This document shows, in pieces, positions 50,778-61,825 of a DNA stretch of 64,000 nt. This DNA comes from an uncultured Nitrososphaerota archaeon. Its GTDB lineage: Archaea; Thermoproteota; Nitrososphaeria; Nitrososphaerales; CADDZS01. The number at the start of each line of letters is the position of its first letter. Position 1 is the stretch's first letter. Below the pieces are notes generated by a model. It saw only the letters and a program-made list of their open reading frames with translations, was not told where the DNA came from and did no database searches. The stretch covers positions 1,568,001-1,632,000 of the forward strand of contig CAWCYI010000006.1 of assembly GCA_963799845.1 (NCBI GenBank), read 5' to 3'. The translations under genes and the position numbers were made by a program.

Positions 50778-52634
50778 TTGGAGAGGAAATTGTCCAACAG
50801 ACCATTCGTCAAGCGCATCTCGGCAGTTTCACTTGTTGTTGGCGTTCTTGCCATAGCAGTCATAATTCTCATAGCCGTGTTGGGAGCTCTGTCTTACCAG
50901 TACGCTTCAGAAATTTCTTCGACCAGAACCTCTACAACCACAGTAACAGGGACGCCAACGGTCGAATCCACAACTCAAACCGTAGTGACATTTACACCCA
51001 TTCAGGGTACCGTTACGAGCACAGTCACTACAACGCTTACATCCAGCATCTACCAGACGTCGACTAGCACTAGCGTTACTCCAAGTACGCAGATCCTTTC
51101 CTCTCTTAACCAAAGCCACGCATTTCAATTCGTAGATGCCAGCACGATTAATGAAACGGGTGGTTTGGTAGGGATAAACGCCACGTTCAGGAATAATATG
51201 GCAACGTCTCAAGACATCTTGATCGTCGGTGTCGCGTACACGGCGAGCATAGCAAACGAATCTGTATTGGGCGGTGCGATATGCTGCCCAGTTGCTCGGG
51301 GTTATTTTACGAATAATTCGTCTACGGCGACTGCTGGATTGAGCGCAAATGCAGACTCACAGTTTTCCGCAAACCTCGCATTCGATTCACTAAAGGACGG
51401 CGCATATCTCGTCGAACTCTACGTTGCCTCGCTCGATGGGACAGTACAGTCACCCGTCTCGAGCATGTTCCTCGAGGTTTCTTCATCAGGCGGCGCATCT
51501 TGCGGAGGGCAAGAGGGCGCAAGTTCCACCTTCGTCGATCCTGACAACGGAATGATCTATGTAGCCAATTCGGGTATCGACAGCGTGTCAGTGATCAATA
51601 GTTCTACAGGCAGAGTTGTTGCAACCATTTCTCTCCCTGATCTGATCGGGTCGTTTGGCTTTTACACGTACGATCACGACAATGGCGTGCTTTATGTTGG
51701 AAGCGAAGAGTCAAACCTGATCTTCGCGATAAACACTACGACCAATTTTCTTGTCAGTCAGCCAAATCTATCCACGGGATCGATTTTGCTTGATCCTTCA
51801 AACGGCGAAATATTTCAGTTTAGCAACGACCTGATATCAGTAACAAACGGCACGACGGACAGGATAATTGCCAACATAACTGGTATTCAATGGCTTTCGT
51901 ACGACTGGCTTTCTTACGATCCAGTAAACGAAGAGATCTACGTACAAGCTTCCAACTATAGCATCTTCGCGATAAGTGGCAACGACGACAGAATAGCTGC
52001 GGAAATCCAGATGCCGACTAGCGGATACTCGGATCCTCTTTTCGATCAAGATAATGGGTTGTTCTACGCGATTGCGAATGGAAGCGTTCTTGTGATCAAT
52101 TCATCGACGAACAAATTGTTGCCAACTACGATACCGCTTCCAAGTAGTACCGGAATGGGTTACACTCCTGTCCTGTACGATCCTTCAAACAATGAGATCT
52201 ACTTGTACGGGGCGGAACAATTCGAAAACTCATCAGGAAATCCGGATATATTAATTGCGATAGACGGGGCGAATAACAGCGTGGTTGCTACGATTCCAGT
52301 GGCAGGCCTCTTTGCAGGACTGGTCGATGAAAGCCCATCTTTCTTCTACGATTCATCCAACGGCGATCTCTATGCGACGTCTGACCTGAACCTCCAGAAC
52401 GGCACAACGGGATTGCTGCAAATAAGTCAGACGAACAAAATAATTGCGCAAACCGTTTTGCCTCAGTGGCCATTCGGCCAGGAGGTTGGGGGTCTAACTT
52501 TCGATTCAATCAACAATATGGTATATGGAACGACCGGCGGCACAACCGTTTCCGTCTTCTCGATAAACAACCCTGCTACATTGGTCTCCACTATTCAACT
52601 CGGCAATTGCCCGGTTGGTTATCTGCTTCCATGA
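50778..52634 (+). CDS. membrane-anchored YncE/YVTN beta-propeller surface protein
   Basis: TM, Thr stalk, repeated YDPxNxxIYV and VSVIN...VVATI. Confidence 0.88.
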   Translation: MERKLSNRPFVKRISAVSLVVGVLAIAVIILIAVLGALSYQYASEISSTRTSTTTVTGTPTVESTTQTVVTFTPIQGTVTSTVTTTLTSSIYQTSTSTSVTPSTQILSSLNQSHAFQFVDASTINETGGLVGINATFRNNMATSQDILIVGVAYTASIANESVLGGAICCPVARGYFTNNSSTATAGLSANADSQFSANLAFDSLKDGAYLVELYVASLDGTVQSPVSSMFLEVSSSGGASCGGQEGASSTFVDPDNGMIYVANSGIDSVSVINSSTGRVVATISLPDLIGSFGFYTYDHDNGVLYVGSEESNLIFAINTTTNFLVSQPNLSTGSILLDPSNGEIFQFSNDLISVTNGTTDRIIANITGIQWLSYDWLSYDPVNEEIYVQASNYSIFAISGNDDRIAAEIQMPTSGYSDPLFDQDNGLFYAIANGSVLVINSSTNKLLPTTIPLPSSTGMGYTPVLYDPSNNEIYLYGAEQFENSSGNPDILIAIDGANNSVVATIPVAGLFAGLVDESPSFFYDSSNGDLYATSDLNLQNGTTGLLQISQTNKIIAQTVLPQWPFGQEVGGLTFDSINNMVYGTTGGTTVSVFSINNPATLVSTIQLGNCPVGYLLP

Positions 52635-52696
52635 TTAAGGTCTGGTAGCATGGAGTCCCGATTTTTCAGCGGAGACATTACCACATCTTCCAGAAG

Positions 52697-52918
52697 GTGA
52701 CCAAGCCTTCGAGCTTCTTGTCGATGGGGAAATTGAAGGCAGTACCTCTTTACGATCTGGCGGCCCGGCAGCTGAATGTGATCGAAACTAAGCAAGAGAC
52801 AAAAATTATTGAAAGAGAAGTGGTGAAGATTCCCTGCAAATACTGCGGAACGCTTGTCGACCCAGTCAGAAATGAAAAGTGCCCGAACTGCGGTGCGCGA
52901 CTTTATTTGAACAGATAG
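52697..52918 (+). pseudogene. zinc-ribbon C-terminal fragment
   Basis: IIEREVVKIPCKYCG...CPNCGA. Confidence 0.5.
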
Positions 52919-53076
52919 ATTCTCTACAATCTCTCTTTCGGCGTTAATCCCTGGGATCTGCTTAACGTTTTATACGAAAGGGTTTTTCCCTGCGAGTGGG
53001 AATACACCTGGCCCCGTTTTCATGCTAAATCGAGGCTTACTGCGTGGGTGTCGCAACCAAGAAGTAGCTCGTCAAG

Positions 53077-53364
53077 TTGAAACAGACTAAAATTCTAACG
53101 CTCGAGAGATGCAGCTGCGGAGCTTATCGCTACATCCTAGCTCGGGATCAGGACCGAGTTATCACGTTTTACATACAGCACTTGCTAAAGAATTCTGAAA
53201 AACGAGAATCTAAACTCATCCAGTTATTCCGGGTGAAGAAGGCCCTGCTCAATTTCCACGATTCCAGTATAACCAGAGCTAGACATGCGGCTTGCGCGGA
53301 TCCCCGTGAGCATGAAACTCTATCAGAGATCATCGCAGTTATCACGAAATCGAAATCAAAGTAA
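53077..53364 (+). CDS. small hypothetical protein
   Basis: 95-aa ORF with CSCG. Confidence 0.4.
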   Translation: MKQTKILTLERCSCGAYRYILARDQDRVITFYIQHLLKNSEKRESKLIQLFRVKKALLNFHDSSITRARHAACADPREHETLSEIIAVITKSKSK

Positions 53365-53416
53365 GAATTGTGAGCACACGCCTCTGAAGAAGAATTATCT
53401 GTTCACAGGCGCTCGC

Positions 53417-54343
53417 TCAGGCGGTGGTTGAAGATGTGGACGACGATGTGACTGTGCTACTGCAGTACTGTGGGGAGGAAGTGCTGTTGCTTGTTTGAAG
53501 CAGCATGGAAGGAAGACTGTAACCGGTTGGAGTACGCAAGATATCTGCCGAGATGTAGTCGGTCACGTTCTGAAGATTACCGCAGTACAAGAATAGCTGA
53601 TCTGTAAAATGGTAGAATGCTACGCCCACGTCGAAGGTGTTGTAGCTCGATCCGCAGAAAGAGCCATTCGGATTGGTAAAGTTCTTTCCATTCTCAAGAG
53701 CGATGAACTCTGGGTTTGCCGTCACAAGAGTTTCTAGCTGATAGTTGATTGTACTGTTGAACTCCCTCGGGCATGGAGAAGACGCATTGAAGTTTGGATC
53801 CAAGCAGCAGTAGGGCTGGATACGGACGACCGCCTCGCTCCCTCCGGGCCAATCATAACTTTCCGTGGTGGCATTTCCGTCCGCAAATATAGCTGTCACG
53901 AGGAAGACGTTGCTCACGTTGGTGACTTCGGAGTTGCCATCGAATCCCATGATCGAGTCTCCAGCCAAAAGCGGGAAGGCCGGTGTTGACGCGGCGCTGG
54001 CGGACCATGTCGGTCCCAAGAAGAGGTTGCCAAAGGACATATTGACTCCAGTAATTGGAGTTGAGCCAGTATTGCTAATTACGATGGAAACATTACCGCA
54101 GAGGGAGCAGCCTGAAACTGGTGCAAAAAACAGGCGTACAGAGGAGATGGCGAATCGGTCGCTGCTGTTCAGAATGCCCATGGTCTGATTTACTTTCGAA
54201 GTCAAGGTTGTCGTAGCCGTGGAGTAAACGATTGTTGAGCGGGTCTTGGGAGCTGGAACGCTATTGATTCCCGTAAAGTAGCCAGCAAGGCCGGTTAAGA
54301 CGATCACAACAATAACAGTCGTTGCAAGGATCCAACTTTTCAA
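53417..54343 (-). CDS. membrane-anchored Cys-containing surface protein
   Basis: N-terminal TM, Ser/Thr-rich, many NxS/T sequons. Confidence 0.8.
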   Translation of the reverse strand: MKSWILATTVIVVIVLTGLAGYFTGINSVPAPKTRSTIVYSTATTTLTSKVNQTMGILNSSDRFAISSVRLFFAPVSGCSLCGNVSIVISNTGSTPITGVNMSFGNLFLGPTWSASAASTPAFPLLAGDSIMGFDGNSEVTNVSNVFLVTAIFADGNATTESYDWPGGSEAVVRIQPYCCLDPNFNASSPCPREFNSTINYQLETLVTANPEFIALENGKNFTNPNGSFCGSSYNTFDVGVAFYHFTDQLFLYCGNLQNVTDYISADILRTPTGYSLPSMLLQTSNSTSSPQYCSSTVTSSSTSSTTA

Positions 54344-54568
54344 TGCTTGCCCGTTCAGTACGAGGGCAGTTCTTTAAAGCTACTTTCCAGAACAGCCTGT
54401 TAAGCAGTTCGATGCTTTTTTCCAACAGTCGTGCCCCCTTGGTACACCTTTCAAGCCATAACGGAAGCAGTCATTTCAACCGTCCAGGAATTCGACGACC
54501 GATCTCTCGGGATTTTAGTAACTTAGGAAATAACCTTGAGTGTTAGTAGTTTTAGCGTATGGTCGCCT

Positions 54569-54602
54569 AGCCTGGTAGGATGGAGAAATTTATCCCGCCT
54601 AC
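54569..54602 (+). repeat. dispersed 11-6-11 palindromic site, copy A
   Basis: AGCCTG-GTAGGATGGAG-AAATTT-ATCCCGCCTAC. Confidence 0.8.
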
Positions 54603-54684
54603 TACTTATGTTATCGACATCTGACGCTGTTCAAACCCAAAAACGGCCTTATTCTGCTCTGTATAAGATAATCCTCCTCAAAAC

Positions 54685-55488
54685 CTACTTAGATGGAGCT
54701 TGGTGACCTGAGGTCGCGTGATTCACGACACTCTCATTTGACTTTTCCTGAGTGACTCCAACGTCTGTGGACGACTTTGGAAGAAACATTGCCCCGATAC
54801 AAGCGAAGGCGAGCACCTTCGAGATGCCGTTCAGGGCGAAGGAGAGAAGAGTGGTCGGAGAAGAAAAGCCATCCAGTGCCCACAGACCCCAAACAAACAT
54901 CATGGCGGCAAACATGTAGACCGCATTTGTCGTTAGAGCGATCCTTCGCGATAAAAGCAGCAAAGATAAGGTCGTGATTCCAATTATGAATATCGGTACG
55001 AGAGATATGATTAGAGAGATAGGCGGTATGTTGAGCGCGCGCGCGTTGAGTGGAATTATGATTAGCACGAACGGCAGTTCGAATAGCATTGCTCCCGCGA
55101 TAAATCCGAGGAAACCGTTTCCGAGAGACAGAGGTCCACCGCGACGAGTCACATAAGCCGCATAACAGAAAGTGCCGACTGCCGAGAGAATCGTTATGGG
55201 AAAAACGGGACCGAGCGCGAGGTTTCCCGCAGCGTTCATCCTGACGAAGAGTAATATGGAAAGAGCCCAAATGACGATCACGATTGCCCCGACATCTTTT
55301 CCCATTTTGGGAAGCTTGATCGGTCGTCCTTTCATTCTCCGCGCCTCCAAAAAGAGTCCCGCACTTATCAGAAATAGGATCAGAGAAAGCTCTATCGCGC
55401 TCAATCCCGTGTAAAGGGCCAGATTGGTGCTCTCTGAGCAAGCGGACCCATAGTTCCAAATATTATTGTTAGCTAATTTAAGAATCAT
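54685..55488 (-). CDS. multi-pass membrane protein
   Basis: About 7 TM segments. Confidence 0.8.
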   Translation of the reverse strand: MILKLANNNIWNYGSACSESTNLALYTGLSAIELSLILFLISAGLFLEARRMKGRPIKLPKMGKDVGAIVIVIWALSILLFVRMNAAGNLALGPVFPITILSAVGTFCYAAYVTRRGGPLSLGNGFLGFIAGAMLFELPFVLIIIPLNARALNIPPISLIISLVPIFIIGITTLSLLLLSRRIALTTNAVYMFAAMMFVWGLWALDGFSSPTTLLSFALNGISKVLAFACIGAMFLPKSSTDVGVTQEKSNESVVNHATSGHQAPSK

Positions 55489-55846
55489 GCCGACAAATTG
55501 GTCTTACCACATGGAGACGAATGCATCCTCACAAGAAGTGAAAGTTTTTTCTTCTGTAACCAAAAAGATATTCTTTGACGATCTTGTCCGAGACGAGATA
55601 TGCTTCGTCTCTCCCGTCTGCGGGTGAGTAACACTCTATAGATTGGGTTATTCCCAAGGGGAACTCTGCGTAAATGCAACGAACCTGGATTCACAGCAGA
55701 ACCTCACATTAACCCTCTAAGTTCTTGGCACAAGCAAGAGCACCAACGCTTCCGATCCAACCGTGAGCGATTGCGCTACATTGGGGCTTAACCAATCCTT
55801 ATCTTGAAAAGGGGAAGGAAAAAGTCCTACAAGTTTACGTCCGCCG

Positions 55847-55880
55847 AGCCTGGTAGGAAGGACAAATTTATCCCTCCTCA
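55847..55880 (+). repeat. dispersed 11-6-11 palindromic site, copy B
   Basis: AGCCTG-GTAGGAAGGAC-AAATTT-ATCCCTCCTCA. Confidence 0.8.
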
Positions 55881-56000
55881 CATGAAAAAAATCAAATCAC
55901 AATATGAATTAGGGCTATTCACATTCCGCCTCACATAGATCACTCCCTCACTTGGCTGGTTAGTTTCTCAGCTTATGGATAATTTGAATGGAAAGCATCC

Positions 56001-56300
56001 TTAAATTTCTCTTTCAATCTGAATGAGATAGATGTCTTTGTCCTTCCATCGTTCGAGCCTGCTGATTCTAACTGCTTTTACACCTGCGTCGAAGAACCTC
56101 GTGTGAGCTCGTACATCTCCAGTAATCAAATCGCAATCATGTTCTAGGCAGTAGAGCGCATTTTCCTTGTCGGTGTTTCTTTGGGGTAATTCGGGATGTT
56201 TGCTCACTTGCAGTACGTTCTGATACGTCTTACGGAGATCGCTCAAGTGCAGATCGCCCCAACCCAAGATGTCTCGGTCCACCACAACTTGTGAAGCCAT
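56001..56300 (-). CDS. PIN-like (DUF5615/Mut7-C-type) domain protein
   Basis: VVVD...TD...LITGD acidic pattern. Confidence 0.55.
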   Translation of the reverse strand: MASQVVVDRDILGWGDLHLSDLRKTYQNVLQVSKHPELPQRNTDKENALYCLEHDCDLITGDVRAHTRFFDAGVKAVRISRLERWKDKDIYLIQIEREI

Positions 56301-56567
56301 TTCCGTATCGACGTTGTATGATATCAAATAGACTGTACGTAATCTCTTCCTTATTTTCATGTCCTAGTGCTTAACTCTGGCAGGGTTTGTCGGATCTTGA
56401 CGACCTTCCTCAGTTCCGCAAATAGGAATGCAACGCCTATCAGAAAGATTGGTAGAGCAACAAAGAGCAACGCGCCAGTAGCAGTGAATTGATAACTCGG
56501 GCTTAATGCGATAGCTGGAGCCAAATAGATTGCAGTGTTCCCGATAGTATATGCGCCCGCGCGCGCG

Positions 56568-57590
56568 CTAGAGGGCGGTCGGGACACCCTTGTAGCAATC
56601 GAAGAACCTGAAACTATCCCTTTCTATCAATTCTGCGGGCGTGGCGGTGAGTCCGATTTCTATGGCGTCAAAGTAGGTGAAAACGTCCTTCCACTTGTTG
56701 TAGATTGATCTGTGGCACTCGTCTGAGATTATTAGATCGAAATCTCCCGGAGAAAAGTCCTGATAGCATTCCATGAAGGTTTGGATGGTAGATGCGTAAA
56801 GCCTCGGAGTCTTGTTCACCCTGGCCGAAAACACTTTCTCCTTCAGCTCATTTGGAAAGAAAACCATGTACCCCTTGCTGTAAGCCTGATCGCGCAACGC
56901 AGTCCTGTCGGCAAGGAACAGCACCTTCTGAGCTCTGTTTGCCCTAAGCAAAACGTCGATCAAAGCCATCGCGACTCGGGTCTTTCCAGTTCCCGTCGCC
57001 TGAACTATCAGGAACTTTCTGTTGCCGCGATCTATACCTTCGAGGACCCTCTTGACTGCTTCAATTTGATAGAGCCTGTCAACTATCTCATTTCTGATCG
57101 GCGTCTCGAAGAAATCCTTCTTGAAGTTGTTTTGAAATCTGATCCTTTCAAGCGCATCCCTTGCGTGAAACCCCTTCACCATCCTCGGATTCTCGAATGG
57201 TCTGTTCCAGAACCAAATTTCGTAACCGTTAGTCAGGAAGAGGAAAACATCTTTCCCAGTTTGTTTCTTTATGTCGTCCGAATAATCCTCTGCCTGCTTC
57301 TGCCCTGAAATTGGATCCCTTGATGTTTTCTTTGCTTCTATTATCGCAAGAGGAGAGCCGTTTGAATCCAGTAGAAGATAATCTGCGTAAGCTTTCTCGT
57401 CCGCGTTTGGGTCGTGGAACGTTTCTTTTACAGTCTTGTAAATTCGCTTTTGAAAGTCAGATTGTTTGGTATCGACTTCTATCAGTACTTTTGAAGAGTC
57501 CTCGACGGACCAGCCAGACGCCCTGAGGAGTACATCGATCTTTTCTTTCCTCGTCCTGTACTCCGAAACGGTCGCCATGTGCTCTCGCAC
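56568..57590 (-). pseudogene. hsdR: type I restriction enzyme R subunit (EcoAI/EcoEI-like), 3'-truncated
   Basis: ADYLL...IEAKK, TNG, ATGTGKT, DECHRS, GLTATP; stops before the second RecA domain. Confidence 0.88.
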
Positions 57591-57604
57591 AATGTCCGAA
57601 ATTA

Positions 57605-57811
57605 CTACCTTAAATCACGTTTCTTTCGGTCTGTACCGTGAAAGTGTTTATGATGTCTGTCGCAAAGGATCTGAAGATTAGAGGCATCGTTCGTCCCGCC
57701 CAGAGATAAAGGCACTTTATGATTGATCGTCAGATTCTTTCGGATATCACAAACCTCACACTTGGCTTTCGCGGCCTTTAAGATTGCCCCTACTGACGGC
57801 CTGTTAGACAT
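57605..57811 (-). CDS. small HNH endonuclease
   Basis: CEVC...HKVPLSLGGTNDASNLQILCDRHH. Confidence 0.8.
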   Translation of the reverse strand: MSNRPSVGAILKAAKAKCEVCDIRKNLTINHKVPLSLGGTNDASNLQILCDRHHKHFHGTDRKKRDLR

Positions 57812-58734
57812 GTTAAACCCACATCCTAGCAAGAATGTAGGCGGATGAACGTTTTTTGGATTATGATTTCGGGATCCGTTCCACATCTTCTAAACTGTAA
57901 CGCTCGGGTGAAATTCCTGGGTCATTTCAGAGAATTCTGATCGTTCTGATTTTACTGACTATGATGAGGGGATCGCTGTTGATTGTGTCGCAGAACGACC
58001 TCTCATCACCTGCCATTTTTTTCAAAGGGGGCCAAAAAAATCATGGAATCCTGGAACATATATCCACTGTGCCGAAAATACCTCACCTAGGGCACTGCTT
58101 TCGGCGATCTGCCAGCTGCCAGACGCACGATCCTGGCAGATTCGATTTGAGTGCCTTTACATAACGATTCGAGCCTCAAATCAGAGGGTCAGGAACTAAA
58201 ATACAGATGGCTTTCAATCCAGTGTTGCTGGAATTCTGTGGGTTGAGAGCCGACGAGCGAGAGTACGAACGAATCGAACCGGAAATCATCCGCTGCTTAC
58301 AATTCTCAGAAGTGAAGATCAGACGCTGCATATCTTTCATCCAGCAGTTTCCCGTCGAAGGAGAGGTCAGCGTGGAGCTCGAGTTGGAAGCCCACCACAT
58401 CTGACAAACGATCTGATAACTGGAACCAGGTCGCTTCATTTGCTAATCCAAAAATGGGGTCCTCGGACCGCCGAGGGGATAAAGAAGGACCGACTCTTCC
58501 TGATGCTCGTCGATGATCCGCTTTCTAGGCTCGGACGTGATGAGATTGAGATCGCTTTAGTCGTTCTGGATGAGTTTCCCTGTGCTTCAAGAAGTTTTAT
58601 GGAAATGGAAGCAGTAAAGTTAGAGAAAGAACTGGGAATTTTAGACGGAGACTTTAAGCTGGGATTGAGATGAGCGTGAGAACCAAAAAACGCTGCAAAT
58701 CAAATATTGCAAAGAACAACTGAGGCTTTCATTC

Positions 58735-59484
58735 TTATTCTTCTTCGTAAGAATCTTCGTCGACCAGGTCGTCGCCAGACTCATTGGGTGCTAGTTCGGT
58801 CTGGTCATTTTCATCGCCCGGTTTATCATCCGCACCGACCTTCAAATCTCCCTCTGACCAAGAATTCTTCTTCCTTTCAGCCAACACTTTAGAATTTACT
58901 TCTTCGAGATCGAATAAACCGATCTTCCCGAGCATCTGAAACCTCTCCACGTCCTTTTGGGTGATCAGCATCAATCTCCCCGAAGGAAGGGGTAGAGTTC
59001 CCCTCTTATCAACAACGTAGTCGAAAATTGCCTCACAAAGTTTTGCTAGTATTACTTCGGTGAGGGGCGGCTCGTTACCACTTCGGAGCTTCTCCCTGTA
59101 ATCTCGAAGATGCGGGTCGAGCTCTTTTAGGAACGGGTGCTTTTTTTCATCTCCATATCTGATCAGATCACGGGCATTGATTAGAGCTTCGTACTTGCCA
59201 TTTCCCAAGTCGTTGGTCTTGATTTCCCCCGCCATCTGAGTTAGACGAGCTCTCAGTTCTTGGGGAGATTCTTCTTTCTGTGGCGCATTGCGTGCATCAT
59301 CATTACGCGCGGAGCTCTCCAAGTCTTTCCTGAGTAGCGACCGCACGTAATCGCTCGGGCTTCGGAACCCCCGTTTTTGCGCCTCTCTTTGCAGGAGATT
59401 AGCCTCTGCCTCGGGCATATGGATGTAAACGCTCTTTCTTTGATTGTTCGCACTCTCGATCTTAGTTGGTGGCTGAGTTACCAT
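58735..59484 (-). CDS. RHH/CopG-domain protein
   Basis: SVYIHM...AQKRGFRSPSDYVRSLL. Confidence 0.7.
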   Translation of the reverse strand: MVTQPPTKIESANNQRKSVYIHMPEAEANLLQREAQKRGFRSPSDYVRSLLRKDLESSARNDDARNAPQKEESPQELRARLTQMAGEIKTNDLGNGKYEALINARDLIRYGDEKKHPFLKELDPHLRDYREKLRSGNEPPLTEVILAKLCEAIFDYVVDKRGTLPLPSGRLMLITQKDVERFQMLGKIGLFDLEEVNSKVLAERKKNSWSEGDLKVGADDKPGDENDQTELAPNESGDDLVDEDSYEEE

Positions 59485-59491
59485 TTTTTAC

Positions 59492-59785
59492 TTACGCCCT
59501 AATTTCTGGCTGCCAACGAAAAAACGGCTGATCCTTTCTTTGAAGTAGAGCTTCGTGTTCAGCGTCGACATAGTTTGCAACATGGGCTTCTTCTTCGCGT
59601 TGAATTTTCAATATCAATGCTTTCGAGATGTAGCACCGCTTTGTCGTCGTTCTCATTACGTTTTGCTTCTCATCATGGTCGAAATAGATAAACTGCCGAC
59701 TAGAATTTTTTCGCTTGCAGATTCGGCGCTTGCCATATTTCCCGCATTTCGGGCAGAGTCTCTCGATGTTCTGGTTGGACAACAA
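59492..59785 (-). CDS. small Zn-binding protein
   Basis: CPKCG...YFDH...RCYI. Confidence 0.6.
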   Translation of the reverse strand: MLSNQNIERLCPKCGKYGKRRICKRKNSSRQFIYFDHDEKQNVMRTTTKRCYISKALILKIQREEEAHVANYVDAEHEALLQRKDQPFFRWQPEIRA

Positions 59786-60194
59786 TCTGCCATCTTCTCA
59801 AAGGGAGTAATTGACTGCTATATTTGTAAAACACTGACAGAAGGTAGATTCCAAATTAAACTGTCCAGTTTTGCAGTTTTGTTCCAACGTCATCTTGGCG
59901 TTTGTTCGCTTTTCTACCAATAACCCCTTTTATCACATACTCGCGAGATTCCTCGCGCCGAATCATTCGGTTGAACGATCTACTTGATCGATTTGCGAAT
60001 GTCGGGGTGGAGCTTGGGAATGTCTAGGATATGCTGCTTGGAAATGTCGGGCATGTTTTCAAAGCCCGAGACTCTTTCTACTTTCTTCTCAGCCTCGGAT
60101 AAACGCGAATACCACCGTGAATAGCCGTCCAGATCGCGGCCTCGGAACACTGGGTGTTGGCGATTCAAAGTGGAATGGACTACCACTTGGCAAC

Positions 60195-61493
60195 TTAGGG
60201 CAGGCATATTCCAGCAGGTAGAAGACTGGCGTTGACGTAGTTCTGTTTGGTGGAACTCGGCAGAAAAACTAGTGAGCTGTTTGCCGTCAGGTAGATCTGC
60301 TGAGTGTTTGAATTGACTAGCTCCCCATAGACGGATCCATTGGTCGAAAGCATGTTGACAATCTCGCCATTCCGCGCATTGATGAACAGAAGAAATTGTG
60401 TACTGTAATATGACACGACTATCTGATTTGTCGAATTGTCGAGGGCAAGCACACCGCCACCCGCACCAACGCAAGACGCACCGATGATGGACGAGTATTG
60501 GATGCTGCTCGAATTCTCGTCGATGGAAACTAGGACTAAGTTAGAGGAATTGGATCCCATCCCATACACGATGTTTCTTTGAGGATCGACAGTTATCCCG
60601 AAATTGAACGCGAGGAAATTCACGAGCGACACATTGGAAACTATCGAGTGGCTCGATCCACTGAACCCGAGAACTTCGTCGCCCGTGCAGGCGAGCGTTA
60701 GCTGCGCACACGCCGCAATGTAGACCGTGTTAGTAATAGGGTTCACGGCGAGGTCAACGGGAGTGGCATCTAGTGAAATGGTAGCCAATAAAGAACCTGT
60801 CTTTGCATTGATAGAATAGAGATTGTCCGAATAGTAACCCCAAAGCGTGTCCGTTTGTGGATTGATGGCAAGAGCGTCGACCGGGATGCGCATCTCGCCC
60901 ATGATTTTATTTTCGCTCCCATTAATCTCTACGATTCCGCCGTTGCTTTCCACATTTGTGTTATTGTCTGATTGGCAGCTATTGCTGACGTTGATCACGT
61001 TAATGCACCCGATCACTGGAACATAAATCATGTTAGATATTGGATCAACGGCGATACCAAACTGGGGAGTACCAGGCAGAGCAATCGTTGCCACGATCTG
61101 GCGAGTATTTGCGTTCACGACTGAAAAATTGTTGGAGAAAAGATCTGACACGTAGATTAGATTGGTATTGGGATTGAATCCAATTTCCGAGGGATATTCT
61201 CCCAGCTTTACGCTTCCCATTTCAACATTGTAAATCGAGGGTACTAACGTAGCGTTGTTCTCGGTCGAAGTTGTAGAGCTACTGGTTTCGGTAGTGGGAG
61301 TGGTTGTTCTGTTCCTGGATTGGGACGATTGGTTGCTGCTGGTGAACGAGCTTTCGGTGCTCGTGGAAGTGGATCGACCAGCCCCAGTGCCATTTTGGCC
61401 GACAAAGTAGACGGCGGTTAAGGAGCTTGCGAGGATAATGATCACGACAACCAGTACAATCGAAACTTGAGAGATACCGACTGATTTCCCCAA
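60195..61493 (-). CDS. membrane-anchored YncE beta-propeller protein
   Basis: TM, Ser/Thr linker, NPNTNLIYV repeats. Confidence 0.88.
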   Translation of the reverse strand: MGKSVGISQVSIVLVVVIIILASSLTAVYFVGQNGTGAGRSTSTSTESSFTSSNQSSQSRNRTTTPTTETSSSTTSTENNATLVPSIYNVEMGSVKLGEYPSEIGFNPNTNLIYVSDLFSNNFSVVNANTRQIVATIALPGTPQFGIAVDPISNMIYVPVIGCINVINVSNSCQSDNNTNVESNGGIVEINGSENKIMGEMRIPVDALAINPQTDTLWGYYSDNLYSINAKTGSLLATISLDATPVDLAVNPITNTVYIAACAQLTLACTGDEVLGFSGSSHSIVSNVSLVNFLAFNFGITVDPQRNIVYGMGSNSSNLVLVSIDENSSSIQYSSIIGASCVGAGGGVLALDNSTNQIVVSYYSTQFLLFINARNGEIVNMLSTNGSVYGELVNSNTQQIYLTANSSLVFLPSSTKQNYVNASLLPAGICLP

Positions 61494-61825
61494 ACCTTTG
61501 TCTCGCTAGTGTTCTATCACCATGCATGAGATATTTGATGGTATTCAATAGAAGTTGTGTTCTGTTTGAGAGAACACCCACTTCGTGAAATGAGCTAATT
61601 GGCAGCAGAAATTCAAAGGTGGCAGAGGTGAGCTTTCTCGATCTCTTTCCGATTCTTCGCTGGACCCAAGCATGGATGGTGGGGAAGTTACTGGTTGCTG
61701 TAGTCGCTAGATAAAGAGGGGCTTTTTCTCCCATGGAGCATGAAATCGTTCTCCCCCGCAGAACGCACCCATTATTGAACACTCTCAAATAGTTCCATCA
61801 GTTCAGAAATGACGCGGGATTAATC

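Noticed and set aside
52640-52656. TCTGGTAGCATGGAG, partial match to the left arm of the 11-6-11 motif
   Set aside because: Lacks the AAATTT spacer and right arm; may be chance
54556-54582. GGTCGCCTAGCCTGGTAGGA resembles a tRNA 5' end and D-arm
   Set aside because: No anticodon arm, T-arm or acceptor partner follows; better explained as part of the dispersed palindromic motif
54734-55459. 241-aa alternative-frame ORF, and similar overlapping ORFs across the window
   Set aside because: Overlaps a better-supported gene and has non-protein-like composition
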